Of a DNA stretch of 64,000 nucleotides, positions 1 to 9,808 are shown piece by piece. Numbering within the stretch: the stretch's first letter is position 1; every line of letters begins with the position of its first letter. The notes under the pieces were generated by a model. It saw nothing but the letters and a program-made list of their open reading frames with translations. It made no database searches and was not told the origin of the DNA. Position numbers and translations under genes: made by a program. Origin of the DNA: Actinobacteria bacterium UBA4426 (GTDB lineage Bacteria > Actinomycetota > Actinomycetes > S36-B12); the NCBI GenBank assembly GCA_002390705.1, contig DGQA01000002.1, positions 50,845-114,844 on the forward strand. The letters run 5' to 3'.

Positions 1-726
1 GGCGAATCGGAATGGAATGCCAAAAATCTATTTACCGGCTGGGTTGATGTTGACCTCACTGAAAAAGGTCGGGGCGAAGCCCAAAAAGGCGGTGAGCTTA
101 TTGCCGAGTCTGGCCTCTACCCGGATGTGGTTTTTACATCCTTGCTTAAGCGGGCCATAAAGACGTCTCAGATTGCCTTAAACGCCTGTGGCCGGTTATG
201 GATCCCCGTGGTTCGTAACTGGCGGCTTAATGAGCGCCACTACGGTGCGCTACAAGGCAAAGACAAAGCCCAAACGTTGGCGGAATTCGGTGCGGACCAG
301 TTCTTGCTGTGGCGTCGCTCATATGACGTACCTCCCCCACCTATTGCTCCGAACAGCGAATTCGCCCAAAACTCTGATCAGCGATATGCGGCGCTTCCGC
401 AAGAAACGGTGCCCAGCACTGAATGCTTAGCCGACGTTGTTGGCCGCCTTATTCCTTTTTGGGAGGATGTGATTGTGGCCGAACATCTTCGCCGCAACGA
501 AACAATTCTCATTGTTGCCCATGGAAACTCCTTGCGCGCCCTAGTGAAGCATCTGGACGGTATTTCCGATCAGGACATCGCTGCCCTCAATATTCCCACC
601 GGAATTCCACTCGTCTACAGACTGGACAAGAATCTCAAGCCGATCATCTCTGGTGGCGAGTATCTGGACCCCGATGCTGCGATTGCAGCAGCAGCAGCCG
701 TCGCCGCCCAGGGGAAGAAAAAGTAG
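1..726 (+). CDS. gpmA: 2,3-bisphosphoglycerate-dependent phosphoglycerate mutase (5' end outside window)
   Basis: Frame open from base 1: [63 protein letters not shown]. Confidence 0.96.
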   Translation, partial: GESEWNAKNLFTGWVDVDLTEKGRGEAQKGGELIAESGLYPDVVFTSLLKRAIKTSQIALNACGRLWIPVVRNWRLNERHYGALQGKDKAQTLAEFGADQFLLWRRSYDVPPPPIAPNSEFAQNSDQRYAALPQETVPSTECLADVVGRLIPFWEDVIVAEHLRRNETILIVAHGNSLRALVKHLDGISDQDIAALNIPTGIPLVYRLDKNLKPIISGGEYLDPDAAIAAAAAVAAQGKKK

Positions 727-738
727 TGCTACCGCGAG

Positions 739-1020
739 CTAGTACTTACGACCGGTGATCTCGATCATCTTCGGACGGATATCAAAGAGATAAATCAAGG
801 CAATGACGGTACCTGCTATCCCGAAGATAGAAAGTGCCAGGGACGGGGCCAATCCCGCGAGTACAGAAACACCGGTAAGAGCAACCCACAGCAATTTGGT
901 TTGGCGTCCAAGAATCGGGAAGTAGTCGGCGGGACGGCGAATTGCGTCAAATAAGGCAAATACCTTTACAGCCAGCAGTATGGCCCACAGTGCGTAAATA
1001 ACGAGTATTTCAAATCCCAT
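739..1020 (-). CDS. DUF2516 family small membrane protein
   Basis: 93 aa hydrophobic; AxFDAxRRPAD...TKLLW...IYLFDIRPK pattern of the actinobacterial DUF2516 (Rv0476-like) family. Confidence 0.8.
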   Translation of the reverse strand: MGFEILVIYALWAILLAVKVFALFDAIRRPADYFPILGRQTKLLWVALTGVSVLAGLAPSLALSIFGIAGTVIALIYLFDIRPKMIEITGRKY

Positions 1021-1054
1021 ACCATGATGTTAACTGACGCTTCCCCCAATTGCA

Positions 1055-1082
1055 GAATCCCGCCGCTTTCACGGCGGGATTC
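1055..1082. terminator. GC-rich hairpin, possible intrinsic terminator
   Basis: Perfect 11-bp inverted repeat GAATCCCGCCG-ctttca-CGGCGGGATTC; no clear U-tract on either side. Confidence 0.5.
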
Positions 1083-1226
1083 ACCCTTGTCTGCAACCGC
1101 GCTATTGACGGCGGACGTGGACGTAAAAAAGTAGCCTTACGCACCAAATCCCCAGGTGGCTCAACACTTTGAGGCCCACAGAAGCGTCTTTTGGGCACCG
1201 AGGTCGTGCTCGACCAGCGAAGCGTA

Positions 1227-2132
1227 TTACGGGTGATACCTTGGAAAAAAGGTGTGTTCGCCTAGCATTAGTCGATAATTCTCCTCACCAACCTGGTTAC
1301 GAGCTCCCAGAGCCTCAATTTGGGCTGCCATTTGAGGGGTCCTCAACCCAGCAAGAGTTATCTCGCCGTGGTTATACACCGTGAAAGTGCGGATCGCGCG
1401 ATGGCAGGTAACCCCTCGCGTAAGTTCAGCCAGCGCTGCTCTACTTTGCCCATGTTGCGATGTTCCGACAAATCGATGGCGAGCCATCGCGTCCGGAAAG
1501 ACTACTTCCAAACAACCGTCAAACTGATTCTCAGGGGCTTCAAAATTGCTTACATTTGGAGCAAGGAGCGTGACTGCATCGTTATCATAAAAATTAACCA
1601 GGCGATACCGCACCTTGGAAATGTGTTCGCTCTCGCGTAAAGGTTGCGCGAACCGCTTAATGAACGCGTTGCGCCAATCCTCTCGTGAAATTCCGTCTGC
1701 AGACTGAACGTAGATCATGAACTTCAGCTGATCGCCTAGATTGCCATTTGGCGACTGATTAAGTGTCTCGTCTTTCAAAGATCTTGTAAAGCCTCCCGGC
1801 GCTTGGTAACTAACCGTTTTGTCAAAAACATTCTGCTCATCTTGCATCAATGGATTAAGATTGGCAGCGAATTCCATAAGGTCCCGCTCGTTTGCGAAAG
1901 TAATTTCAGCATCACCGAAAAAACCGTTAGTGTCACTCTGAGTCCACGCGTCAATTCCTGGCATTCCTTCGCCAAGGTCAGGATCAAGGTGATGTTCAAA
2001 ATACTGATGGATTCCCGGAAGACGCGAAGAAATCTGAGTATGCGCACCGGACCAATAGTCGTAAAACCACTGCCTTGCTATCCCACTACGTGGCCACAGC
2101 AAATTCATCATCGCCACATGAACTTCACTCAT
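1227..2132 (-). CDS. Tandem EthD-like (dimeric alpha/beta-barrel) domain protein
   Basis: FYDYWSGAHTQISSRLPGIHQY...GDAEITF...DEQNVF is EthD-like; second repeat SREDW...FDGCLEVVF; GGAGG RBS before ATG 2132. Confidence 0.7.
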   Translation of the reverse strand: MSEVHVAMMNLLWPRSGIARQWFYDYWSGAHTQISSRLPGIHQYFEHHLDPDLGEGMPGIDAWTQSDTNGFFGDAEITFANERDLMEFAANLNPLMQDEQNVFDKTVSYQAPGGFTRSLKDETLNQSPNGNLGDQLKFMIYVQSADGISREDWRNAFIKRFAQPLRESEHISKVRYRLVNFYDNDAVTLLAPNVSNFEAPENQFDGCLEVVFPDAMARHRFVGTSQHGQSRAALAELTRGVTCHRAIRTFTVYNHGEITLAGLRTPQMAAQIEALGARNQVGEENYRLMLGEHTFFPRYHP

Positions 2133-2163
2133 AACTACCTCCAATAATTATTTACGAGAGTGC

Positions 2164-2212
2164 AAAAAAGAAAGCCTGACCCCAGCGACCTGTATCGGCG
2201 GCTGGGGTCAGG
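2164..2212 (-). terminator. Rho-independent terminator after the solute-binding protein gene
   Basis: 12-bp stem CCTGACCCCAGC/GCTGGGGTCAGG followed on the minus strand by CTTTCTTTTTT. Confidence 0.8.
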
Positions 2213-2239
2213 ATCATTTCTCGTGGTTATTCTTGGACG

Positions 2240-3619
2240 TTAGGACTGAACACAACCCTCAACGTTTTGTGGCAACATTCCCTGTGTCCAGCCTTCTGGG
2301 CACGTTTCACGGGTGATGTAGCGACGTGACTCATCTTGCTCGTACCCTTGCAGGTATTCGGCAGTGAATGGAGTCGCTTCAATACCTGGCGTGGGTTCAC
2401 CTGTCTGAGCCATGTTCAACGAGACCCCTGGGGCCATGATGTTGAAAATGTCCGCGGTGTTTTCGTCACCGACAACACCTTCAGGGAATACATTGCAGTA
2501 CTCCGTGGCGGGCTCATCATTGGCTTGCATGCATTCCGTTACGTTTTCCGCCGTAACGATCGTGTAGGGAACCTCAATGTCGTGAGGAATGCCTTCTGGT
2601 CCGTTGAGAACAACTGCCAGAGCGACCTTCATTCCAATAGCACCCTGTGATGGTGGGGAGCCGATAGATGCACCGGGGTAGCCTTCCTTCATCCGCAACC
2701 GGAAGTAGTTGGAAGTCTCGCCGGTAACCGGAATCTCTTTCCCTGCAGCATCCAATGCCTTGACTACACCAGATTCACCGTAGCCGCCAAAGATACCTTG
2801 AACATTCGGGAAGGAACCTAGCGCTTTAGCTGTCTCTTTCTGCTGCTGCGCACTGTCCCATCTACCTTCGTACTCGGTCATAATTTCGGTTCCTGGGTAA
2901 TTCTCCATTGCTGCTAGTGCTGAACCATAGTGAACAATGTCTGTAGATGTTCCCACAATCCCGTGCGAAACGAATATCTCACCCGGTCCGCCCATCAACG
3001 TCAGCAACTGATCCATAGCGTTGTAGCCCATGAACGGATTTTCAACAAGTTGACCATCCGTGCCAAAGGGCACTGATGTGATGTAGGACACATTATAGAC
3101 GCACGGTTCTGTTGCAGTTGCGTCGTAAACGATAACTGTCACGCCCGCGTCACAAGCTTCCTTGTACGCATCGTTGATGGCTGTTGGGGAAAGAGCATAA
3201 CTGATAATCGCATCGGCACCATCGGCCACCATGGACTGAACCTGCGAAATCTGTGCCTGTGGATCTGCCTCGTCGCGAACTCCAATCACGTCAACACAGT
3301 CGCTGTAAGGAGCCATCTGGCCGATTCCCATACCCGTGTTTTGAGCCTCTTCTTGCCACGAGTTCCCAATATTGAGGGAGGTCATATAGACCGTGTACTT
3401 ATCCCCGCCTGAACGTGGAGGCACAGCTCCTGGTCCCAAGATAGCGCAATCACCGGCGGAATCGACGCTTTCTGCTTCTACATCCGCTGCAACCTCGTCA
3501 CCTGCGTTGGCACCGTCAGTGGAATCGCTGCTACAGGCAGCGAGTGCCAGCGATGCAGCTCCTAGCACCGCCACAGCCTTTAGGACCAGGCTGCGCTTCA
3601 TGTTTGCTTGTCTTATCAT
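2240..3619 (-). CDS. ABC transporter substrate-binding lipoprotein (RbsB-like, CUT2)
   Basis: Lipobox LAAC; GNSWQ, QISQVQSMVADGADAII, ACDAGVTVIVYD periplasmic-binding type I motifs; last gene of the ABC operon. Confidence 0.88.
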   Translation of the reverse strand: MIRQANMKRSLVLKAVAVLGAASLALAACSSDSTDGANAGDEVAADVEAESVDSAGDCAILGPGAVPPRSGGDKYTVYMTSLNIGNSWQEEAQNTGMGIGQMAPYSDCVDVIGVRDEADPQAQISQVQSMVADGADAIISYALSPTAINDAYKEACDAGVTVIVYDATATEPCVYNVSYITSVPFGTDGQLVENPFMGYNAMDQLLTLMGGPGEIFVSHGIVGTSTDIVHYGSALAAMENYPGTEIMTEYEGRWDSAQQQKETAKALGSFPNVQGIFGGYGESGVVKALDAAGKEIPVTGETSNYFRLRMKEGYPGASIGSPPSQGAIGMKVALAVVLNGPEGIPHDIEVPYTIVTAENVTECMQANDEPATEYCNVFPEGVVGDENTADIFNIMAPGVSLNMAQTGEPTPGIEATPFTAEYLQGYEQDESRRYITRETCPEGWTQGMLPQNVEGCVQS

Positions 3620-3644
3620 TTCGGATTTCCTTTCTTCACCATTG

Positions 3645-4718
3645 CTATTTTTTCACCAACACTTGTTGGCGAGGATTCGATTTAACTAAATTCCATTTAC
3701 GGTCCGGACGGGTAACAATCAAGGCGAGGAGGATCACCACTCCGTAGAGCACGGACTTGTACCCTTCTGGATACCCAGTTGCCTGAATCACAACGATAAT
3801 TGTTGTCAGAAGTACCGTCGCAGTGAAAGTGCTTTGCCAGAATCCCAACCCACTTCCAATGACTGTTCCTCCAACAAGTACCGCAGTGATTGCAGGTATC
3901 AACCATTCGTCGCCTAGGCTTAACTGCGCGTTGCCTGAATAACCAAGCAGCATGATCCCAGCTATGCCGGATGCCAGCGCACCCACCACATACACCAAAA
4001 TTTCAATACGCAATACCGGTTGACCTGCAATACGAGCTGTGCCTGGGGAGCTTCCAAAGAGATAGGCCTGCCGACCGAAAACGCTTTTAGCCTGAATGAT
4101 GTAACCCAACACCCCTACGAGGAGGAAGATAAATATAGGGATACCAATTCCATAGATCTTTCCAATGCCACTGAACAGGTTGATGACTGCATCTGGCCCA
4201 GCCGGAGCTTTGCGGCCGAAGGTCATTCCCATCGAAATTCCAGCCAAAATTGTGCCCATGGCAAGTGTAATAATGAATGCAGGAATCTGGAATTTTGCAA
4301 TAATGAAGCCGCTGATCAATCCGAATAGTGCCGACGCGATTAGCGCCACAACGACCGCCATTAGGACTGGCCACTCCCACACGCTGGTCGCCACGGCCAC
4401 GATGGTCGCAGAGACAGCAATCACGCCAGGGATGGAAAGATCCAGCCCACCAATCAACATGACCAAGCCTTGACCGAAAGCGATCACAGCCACGAACAGG
4501 CTCTGAGTAAGGATTGTTCCCACCGACAAGTACGAAGGAAGCCCATCGCTGTAGAAGCGACCGAGGAAGAGCACTCCGATGGCGAGGTTCACCAGAATTA
4601 TTGGTCGGATAAATCCCGGTGACCTGAGCAGATTGCGACCGCCTTCCGACGAAGCGGCTGTAAACACGGTTATCGCAGATACTGCAAGACAGATGAACAA
4701 AGCAATTTCGATACTCAT
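3645..4718 (-). CDS. ABC transporter permease (RbsC-like)
   Basis: GGLDLSIPG, IPAFIITLAMG, ITAVLVGGT motifs; multiple TM segments. Confidence 0.92.
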   Translation of the reverse strand: MSIEIALFICLAVSAITVFTAASSEGGRNLLRSPGFIRPIILVNLAIGVLFLGRFYSDGLPSYLSVGTILTQSLFVAVIAFGQGLVMLIGGLDLSIPGVIAVSATIVAVATSVWEWPVLMAVVVALIASALFGLISGFIIAKFQIPAFIITLAMGTILAGISMGMTFGRKAPAGPDAVINLFSGIGKIYGIGIPIFIFLLVGVLGYIIQAKSVFGRQAYLFGSSPGTARIAGQPVLRIEILVYVVGALASGIAGIMLLGYSGNAQLSLGDEWLIPAITAVLVGGTVIGSGLGFWQSTFTATVLLTTIIVVIQATGYPEGYKSVLYGVVILLALIVTRPDRKWNLVKSNPRQQVLVKK

Positions 4719-4720
4719 GA

Positions 4721-5755
4721 CTAATGACCATTCCTTTCCACCCATTGATCTGCGTCCGTTTGATCTATTTCACCAGTGGTTTCCTTAAGTTTTGCGCCCT
4801 GGCGCATTGCGCTGACAGCGCCGGCCAGGACAGCTAAAATAATGAGTACACCTGTGAATACTCGTGCGCTCCAGCCGCTAATTCCAATAACGAACAGCAT
4901 CTTCGGCATAACCATTAGGGTTAGGGCGCCGAAAATCGTTCCAATCGCCGATCCACTGCCGCCTATAAAAGCAGTGCCGCCAATTGCGATTGCTGCGAAA
5001 GTTGACAAAACATACGATTCACCAATCGTCGCATCGCCGGATTTAATAGCTGCCGCCAAGAAAACTCCTGCCAGCGCGTACAAAATGCCCGCTATGGTGA
5101 AGATGGACAAGCGAACTTTGCGAACGGAGACACCGGACAGCTGGACGGCCTCTTCATCGCGCCCCACTGCATACATGTAAATCCCGAGCTTTGTCCGCTT
5201 GAATAAGAGCCAAGCTACGACTAGCACCAACAAGATAAGTGCCGGTCGGGGGAAGAACGCGGACGACGATGATTCAGAAGAGCCAGTGACGAAGGATATG
5301 AGGTTCTCGTCGACTGAGCCCCCTGGGCGCACCAAGAGGATGAGGGAAACGCCCTGCAAGATGATGAGTGTTGCGAGGGTAACGGCGATAGCTGGAAGCT
5401 TTGCAAACACAACAAACACTCCGTTGAGCAGGCCAATTAATGCTCCTACGGCAAGCACCAAGATGACCACTATCCAGACGTTTGTCTCCTTAAAACTTGT
5501 TGCCATCATGACGCTTGTTAGAGTAATAACTCCGGCGGCCGACAGGTCAAACTGCTTAGTGATAATGACCAAGGTGACACCAATTGAGGCAACTGCTAAA
5601 GGTAATGCGAGCACGAGCCAGTCTGTTATATCCTTGCTCTCAAGAGGGTTTCGCGCGTTTATTGCCCAAATTAGAAAGAACACCAAGAGGATGAGTGCCG
5701 CTCGTGTCGAGCCATCGCTGGCGATGCGGCGAACGACCGAACCCACCGAGCTCAT
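4721..5755 (-). CDS. ABC transporter permease (RbsC-like)
   Basis: FDLSAAG, YAVGRDEEAVQLSGV, AAIAIGGTAFIGGSG motifs. Confidence 0.92.
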   Translation of the reverse strand: MSSVGSVVRRIASDGSTRAALILLVFFLIWAINARNPLESKDITDWLVLALPLAVASIGVTLVIITKQFDLSAAGVITLTSVMMATSFKETNVWIVVILVLAVGALIGLLNGVFVVFAKLPAIAVTLATLIILQGVSLILLVRPGGSVDENLISFVTGSSESSSSAFFPRPALILLVLVVAWLLFKRTKLGIYMYAVGRDEEAVQLSGVSVRKVRLSIFTIAGILYALAGVFLAAAIKSGDATIGESYVLSTFAAIAIGGTAFIGGSGSAIGTIFGALTLMVMPKMLFVIGISGWSARVFTGVLIILAVLAGAVSAMRQGAKLKETTGEIDQTDADQWVERNGH

Positions 5756-7275
5756 TGAGTAGCTCCCGTTGACTGGGCGCTAGAATGCCGACCAACGGCA
5801 GCTGCCATTACTTTTTCTTCTGTCGCGTCGCTTCCCGTCATGGACGCGACGATTTTGCCGTCGTACATGACGAGTATTCGATCGCAAAGGCCCAGGAGTT
5901 CGGGGATCTCGGTTGAGTACAGCAAAACTCCCACGCCTTCTCCTGAGGATTTGCGCAAGCTGCTGTACACCTCCAATTTCGCAGATGGGTCAATCCCGCG
6001 TGTCGGATCAAACATCAACAAGATTTGCGCTCCTGAAAGTGCCGTACGAGCCAAAACAGTCTTCTGTTGATTCCCTCCTGACAACTGGCCAACATTTCTT
6101 GTCAAAAAATCCTCAGCAAGGTGGCTCTCAATGCCTGCTTTACGCGACATACTCCGTTCAGAACGATTTCGAATAATTCCTGCCGTCGAGACCTTCGAGA
6201 AAACTGGCACCGAAATATTTTTGATTGACGACATATCCGCAAAAATACCTTCTCGCTTCCTCTCCTCTGGAACGAGAGCTATTCCCGGCCCCGAACGGGA
6301 TGCGGTGCGCGGTGTGCGCAACTTCGCAACTTCGCCCTCTACTCGCACTTCCCCTGACCTTGCCCGGATTGCTCCACCGAGTGCGTAGAACAACTCGCGC
6401 TGACCCTGTCCCTCTAGCCCCGCAATACCAACAATTTCTCCTGCGCGAACATCCAGACTCACACCCGAGACTTGTCTTCCAACTGCCAAGTTTTTGACTT
6501 CCATTAGCGTTGCGGCATCGTCTCGTAAGGGACTCTCTCTGGGAGGAAATGCCAAGGAAATTGACCGCCCAATCATCGTGGAGATGATTTGCTCATGATT
6601 AAAGTCTGCCTTGAGGAATTCCCCGACTATTGCGCCATTTCGCATAATGGTTCCCTTATCACAAATCTCTTTAATCTCTGCGAGCTTGTGGGAAATGTAA
6701 ATGACGCATGTACCCGCATCACGCATTTGTTGAACGTGCTCAAAAAGCCACGATGTATCTGAAAGGGCCGCTGAAGGCTCATCGAGAATCAGGATTTTCG
6801 GCTTGCTATTCAGTGCGCACACAATTTCAATTCGCTGCTTTGCACTCAGTGACAAGGACGCGACCGTACTACGCACATTAATATCGTTCACACCCCACCG
6901 ATGCAGGATCTCACGCGCCTGTGATTCAACTCCCGTTCGAGTTACAATTCCGAAGCGCGTTGGCAAATCAGAGATTAATACGTTCTCCGCCACGCTGAGA
7001 TTAGAAATAAGCGAGAGTTCTTGAAAAGCCGTACTCACCCCTAAGGATCCTGACTTTCGCGGATTGCCGAACTCTAATTCTTGGTCGGCGATCTTCACCG
7101 ATCCCTTGTCAGGGACCACGATTCCCGATAGCACCTTTACTAACGTGGATTTTCCCGCACCATTTTCTCCCACGATTGCGTGGATTTCTCCAGCTTCCAT
7201 CGTCAAGGTGGCACCGTTTAAGGCGGTCGCGTCACCGTAATGCTTGCTGAGGTTTGAGACTTCCAATATGTTCAC
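5752..7275 (-). CDS. Sugar-type ABC ATP-binding protein with two ABC domains (RbsA-like)
   Basis: Walker A GENGAGKST, LILDEPS, LSGGNQQK, DPTRGID. Confidence 0.95.
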   Translation of the reverse strand: MNILEVSNLSKHYGDATALNGATLTMEAGEIHAIVGENGAGKSTLVKVLSGIVVPDKGSVKIADQELEFGNPRKSGSLGVSTAFQELSLISNLSVAENVLISDLPTRFGIVTRTGVESQAREILHRWGVNDINVRSTVASLSLSAKQRIEIVCALNSKPKILILDEPSAALSDTSWLFEHVQQMRDAGTCVIYISHKLAEIKEICDKGTIMRNGAIVGEFLKADFNHEQIISTMIGRSISLAFPPRESPLRDDAATLMEVKNLAVGRQVSGVSLDVRAGEIVGIAGLEGQGQRELFYALGGAIRARSGEVRVEGEVAKLRTPRTASRSGPGIALVPEERKREGIFADMSSIKNISVPVFSKVSTAGIIRNRSERSMSRKAGIESHLAEDFLTRNVGQLSGGNQQKTVLARTALSGAQILLMFDPTRGIDPSAKLEVYSSLRKSSGEGVGVLLYSTEIPELLGLCDRILVMYDGKIVASMTGSDATEEKVMAAAVGRHSSAQSTGATQ

Positions 7276-7370
7276 ACGAACCCCTTCAACGTATAAAAGC
7301 TAAGTCAATTGATTGCACATTACCCTTCCAAGCACCAAAAATTTAGTTTATGCAAGTAATTCTTGGACCG

Positions 7371-8699
7371 TTATGAAACCTTAATTCTTTCCAAAAGTTT
7401 CTCTTTTTGCGCTCCAGGACGCTCAATCGCTCCCTCCGGTACTATTGAGACAACCACGCGAACGGTCAGTCTGGTGCGGACCTCGTCTTCAACCATCCTC
7501 GTCAGTTCACTGGGGTTTAAAGTTGAACGTTCGCTTTGCTCAACGCGTATCTTGAGGGGCTCATAAGTGCTATGCCCTTCGAAGTCTAAATCGATTTTTA
7601 AATAACCGGTTGTGTCAGGCGCCAACTGCGTGACAACGTCCTTCACCGCAGCGGGGAAAACATTTACGCCGCGAACAATAAGCATGTCATCTGCCCGACC
7701 GTGGGCTTTGATCCGATAACCGGTCCTGCCGCACGAGCAACTCATGTCTGATACCGTTACGATATCGCCCATTCGGTAGCGGATTAAGGGTGTTGCCTGA
7801 CGACGCAATGTGGTGTACACCAATTCGCCTGTTGCACCTTCTTCAATCGGCACTGATTCAAGGGTGTCGGGATCGATTAACTCAACGTGTAAAGCGGCTT
7901 GGCTGCACAGATGCATTCCGTCCTTGACGTCGCATTCAGCCCAGTAAGTACTTCCAAAGTCTGCACCTCCCATCATGTCGCGCACATCTGCGCTCCATAG
8001 CTCTTCCATTTTTTGACGGATAGCTGGAACGCCTCCTCCAGGTTCACCTCCGACCGAGATTTTGCGAATCGAAAGATCAGAAGCACTTTTGCCCAGCACT
8101 TCCTGAGCGACACTCCCTAAGTGGTTCACCATTGAGGGTGTGGCACACATGGCAACAGGTTTTAGGTGGTCTATAGCCTGCAATAGTCGCTCGGTTCCCG
8201 ACTCGGCGCCTAACGGAATGACGCAGCAGCCCAGATGCTGTAGGTGCTCAATGTTAACGAGACCACCGACAAAACCCCTTCCCATGGCGTATGCATGCAT
8301 TACCCAGTCTCGTGGACGAAATCCATTGGCATAAAAAACCCGGGCACCCATTGAATTCCACGTTTCAATATCTTGCCCAGTGGCAGCTACGAAAGTTGGC
8401 ATTCCGGTTGTTCCTGAAGATGATTGAATCTGGACGATGTCAGCCAACGAGGCCGCGGCGTGTAATCCGAGCGGTGGACGAGCCAACAGGCTTTCGCGAA
8501 GCTCGTCTTTCGTTGTAAGAGGTAAGTTGGGTAGTTCCTTCAGCGATGTGATTGAAGTCCGTGAAATACCTGAATACTTCTGTTGATAGAAATCCGATTG
8601 GCTTAAAACATAATCCAATTGCTTTTGAAACAAGTCTTCATGCAATTCTGAGATCTCAGACCATGGTAGAACTTCTAACTCATCGAAAGTTTCTGTCAT
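7371..8699 (-). CDS. Phenylacetate-CoA ligase (PaaK) family acyl-CoA synthetase
   Basis: LPLTTKDELR, SSSGTTGMP, GELVYTTL, PLIRYRMGD, GRADDMLIVRGVNVFP; start set at ATG 8699, just after the upstream LLM stop. Confidence 0.9.
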   Translation of the reverse strand: MTETFDELEVLPWSEISELHEDLFQKQLDYVLSQSDFYQQKYSGISRTSITSLKELPNLPLTTKDELRESLLARPPLGLHAAASLADIVQIQSSSGTTGMPTFVAATGQDIETWNSMGARVFYANGFRPRDWVMHAYAMGRGFVGGLVNIEHLQHLGCCVIPLGAESGTERLLQAIDHLKPVAMCATPSMVNHLGSVAQEVLGKSASDLSIRKISVGGEPGGGVPAIRQKMEELWSADVRDMMGGADFGSTYWAECDVKDGMHLCSQAALHVELIDPDTLESVPIEEGATGELVYTTLRRQATPLIRYRMGDIVTVSDMSCSCGRTGYRIKAHGRADDMLIVRGVNVFPAAVKDVVTQLAPDTTGYLKIDLDFEGHSTYEPLKIRVEQSERSTLNPSELTRMVEDEVRTRLTVRVVVSIVPEGAIERPGAQKEKLLERIKVS

Positions 8700-8700
8700 C

Positions 8701-9780
8701 CTATACCACCTTCCGGATTTCGTCGGGAAGACCGAACATCCGAAACTCTGGAACGACGCCCTGGCCGAATAATTGAATTGCGCGGGCCGTGTCGCCCGGG
8801 TGCATATTGTGGTACGCCAAGCGTGCAACTACATAATTCACGCCCAACTCTCGTTCGTAGGCGTACAACCGCTCAATACATGTGTCTGGATCCCCGATAA
8901 TGATCGTGTCCATGACAAGTTTGTCAAAGTCCGATGATGACAGTTCTAGGCCCGCACGCATTTGTGCGTTGTACAAATCACGAATGGCAGCTCCGGCCAG
9001 GCGCTGCGCCTCGTCCGTTGTTGGCGCAATGAAAACATCACGAATTAAAGGGACGACTCGTTCAAAAGTTGGATTTAATCCTTCGTACAACGGACGCATT
9101 TGCTCTAGAGTCAAATGGCCGGGGGCCATGTACGGAACACCCGTGCGCCGAGCAACCTCAGCTGCCTCAGTTCCACCACACATCCAGAGCGGCATATCTA
9201 ATTGAGCGGGCTTGGGCTGCACCGAAATGCGATCTAGGCCCCTTGCCTCAACATGAATCTCTTCATTATTCATGGGGATGTTGTGAAACTCTGAGTGGTG
9301 CGAGAACGGGTTTGGCCCCCATGCTTTTCGCAGGACTGCGATGTCATCTACGATACGATCGGCAGAGTTTGAAGCTCCCGAGCCAGCCCAGCCGCGAACA
9401 GTCTCATCATTTGGCACTTGACCTGCAACGATTGTTCTGCCCGCGTTGATGTTGTCAATGCAAGCGACTTCCTCGGCGACGTAAATCGAATTTACCAAGC
9501 CCAGGACCGGCATCATTCCCACTCGCACAAATTCTGTTCTTTGTGAAAGGCCAGCCGCCACGACCGACGCTGACGAATTGAAGGAGTCCGGCGTGAAGTG
9601 CCGTTCATCAACCCAAACGGAGTCAAACCCCCACCACTCCGCTGTCACTGCATGTTCTAAAACTTCCTCATAAATATCTACTTGTTTGCGGCCGCAACAA
9701 CCACCAGCTGGCTTACGGCAGCCAGCACAGCGCCAACCCTGCACCGATTCCAATGTCATGGGTCCCAGTCCGAATCGCAT
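8701..9780 (-). CDS. LLM-class flavin-dependent oxidoreductase, B-type member of pair 1
   Basis: GFDSVWVDERHF, AEEVACIDNINAGR, IIGDPDTCIERL; luciferase-like TIM barrel pattern. Confidence 0.88.
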   Translation of the reverse strand: MRFGLGPMTLESVQGWRCAGCRKPAGGCCGRKQVDIYEEVLEHAVTAEWWGFDSVWVDERHFTPDSFNSSASVVAAGLSQRTEFVRVGMMPVLGLVNSIYVAEEVACIDNINAGRTIVAGQVPNDETVRGWAGSGASNSADRIVDDIAVLRKAWGPNPFSHHSEFHNIPMNNEEIHVEARGLDRISVQPKPAQLDMPLWMCGGTEAAEVARRTGVPYMAPGHLTLEQMRPLYEGLNPTFERVVPLIRDVFIAPTTDEAQRLAGAAIRDLYNAQMRAGLELSSSDFDKLVMDTIIIGDPDTCIERLYAYERELGVNYVVARLAYHNMHPGDTARAIQLFGQGVVPEFRMFGLPDEIRKVV

Positions 9781-9808
9781 AATTTTCTCCAATCACCAAT
9801 TGAACATG

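Noticed and set aside
685-708. GCA repeat at the end of gpmA
   Set aside because: Encodes the ordinary Ala-rich C-terminal tail of actinobacterial GpmA
1045-1052. CCAATTGC shared with 37922-37929 as a possible att or target-site duplication
   Set aside because: Only 8 bp, largely palindromic and expected by chance
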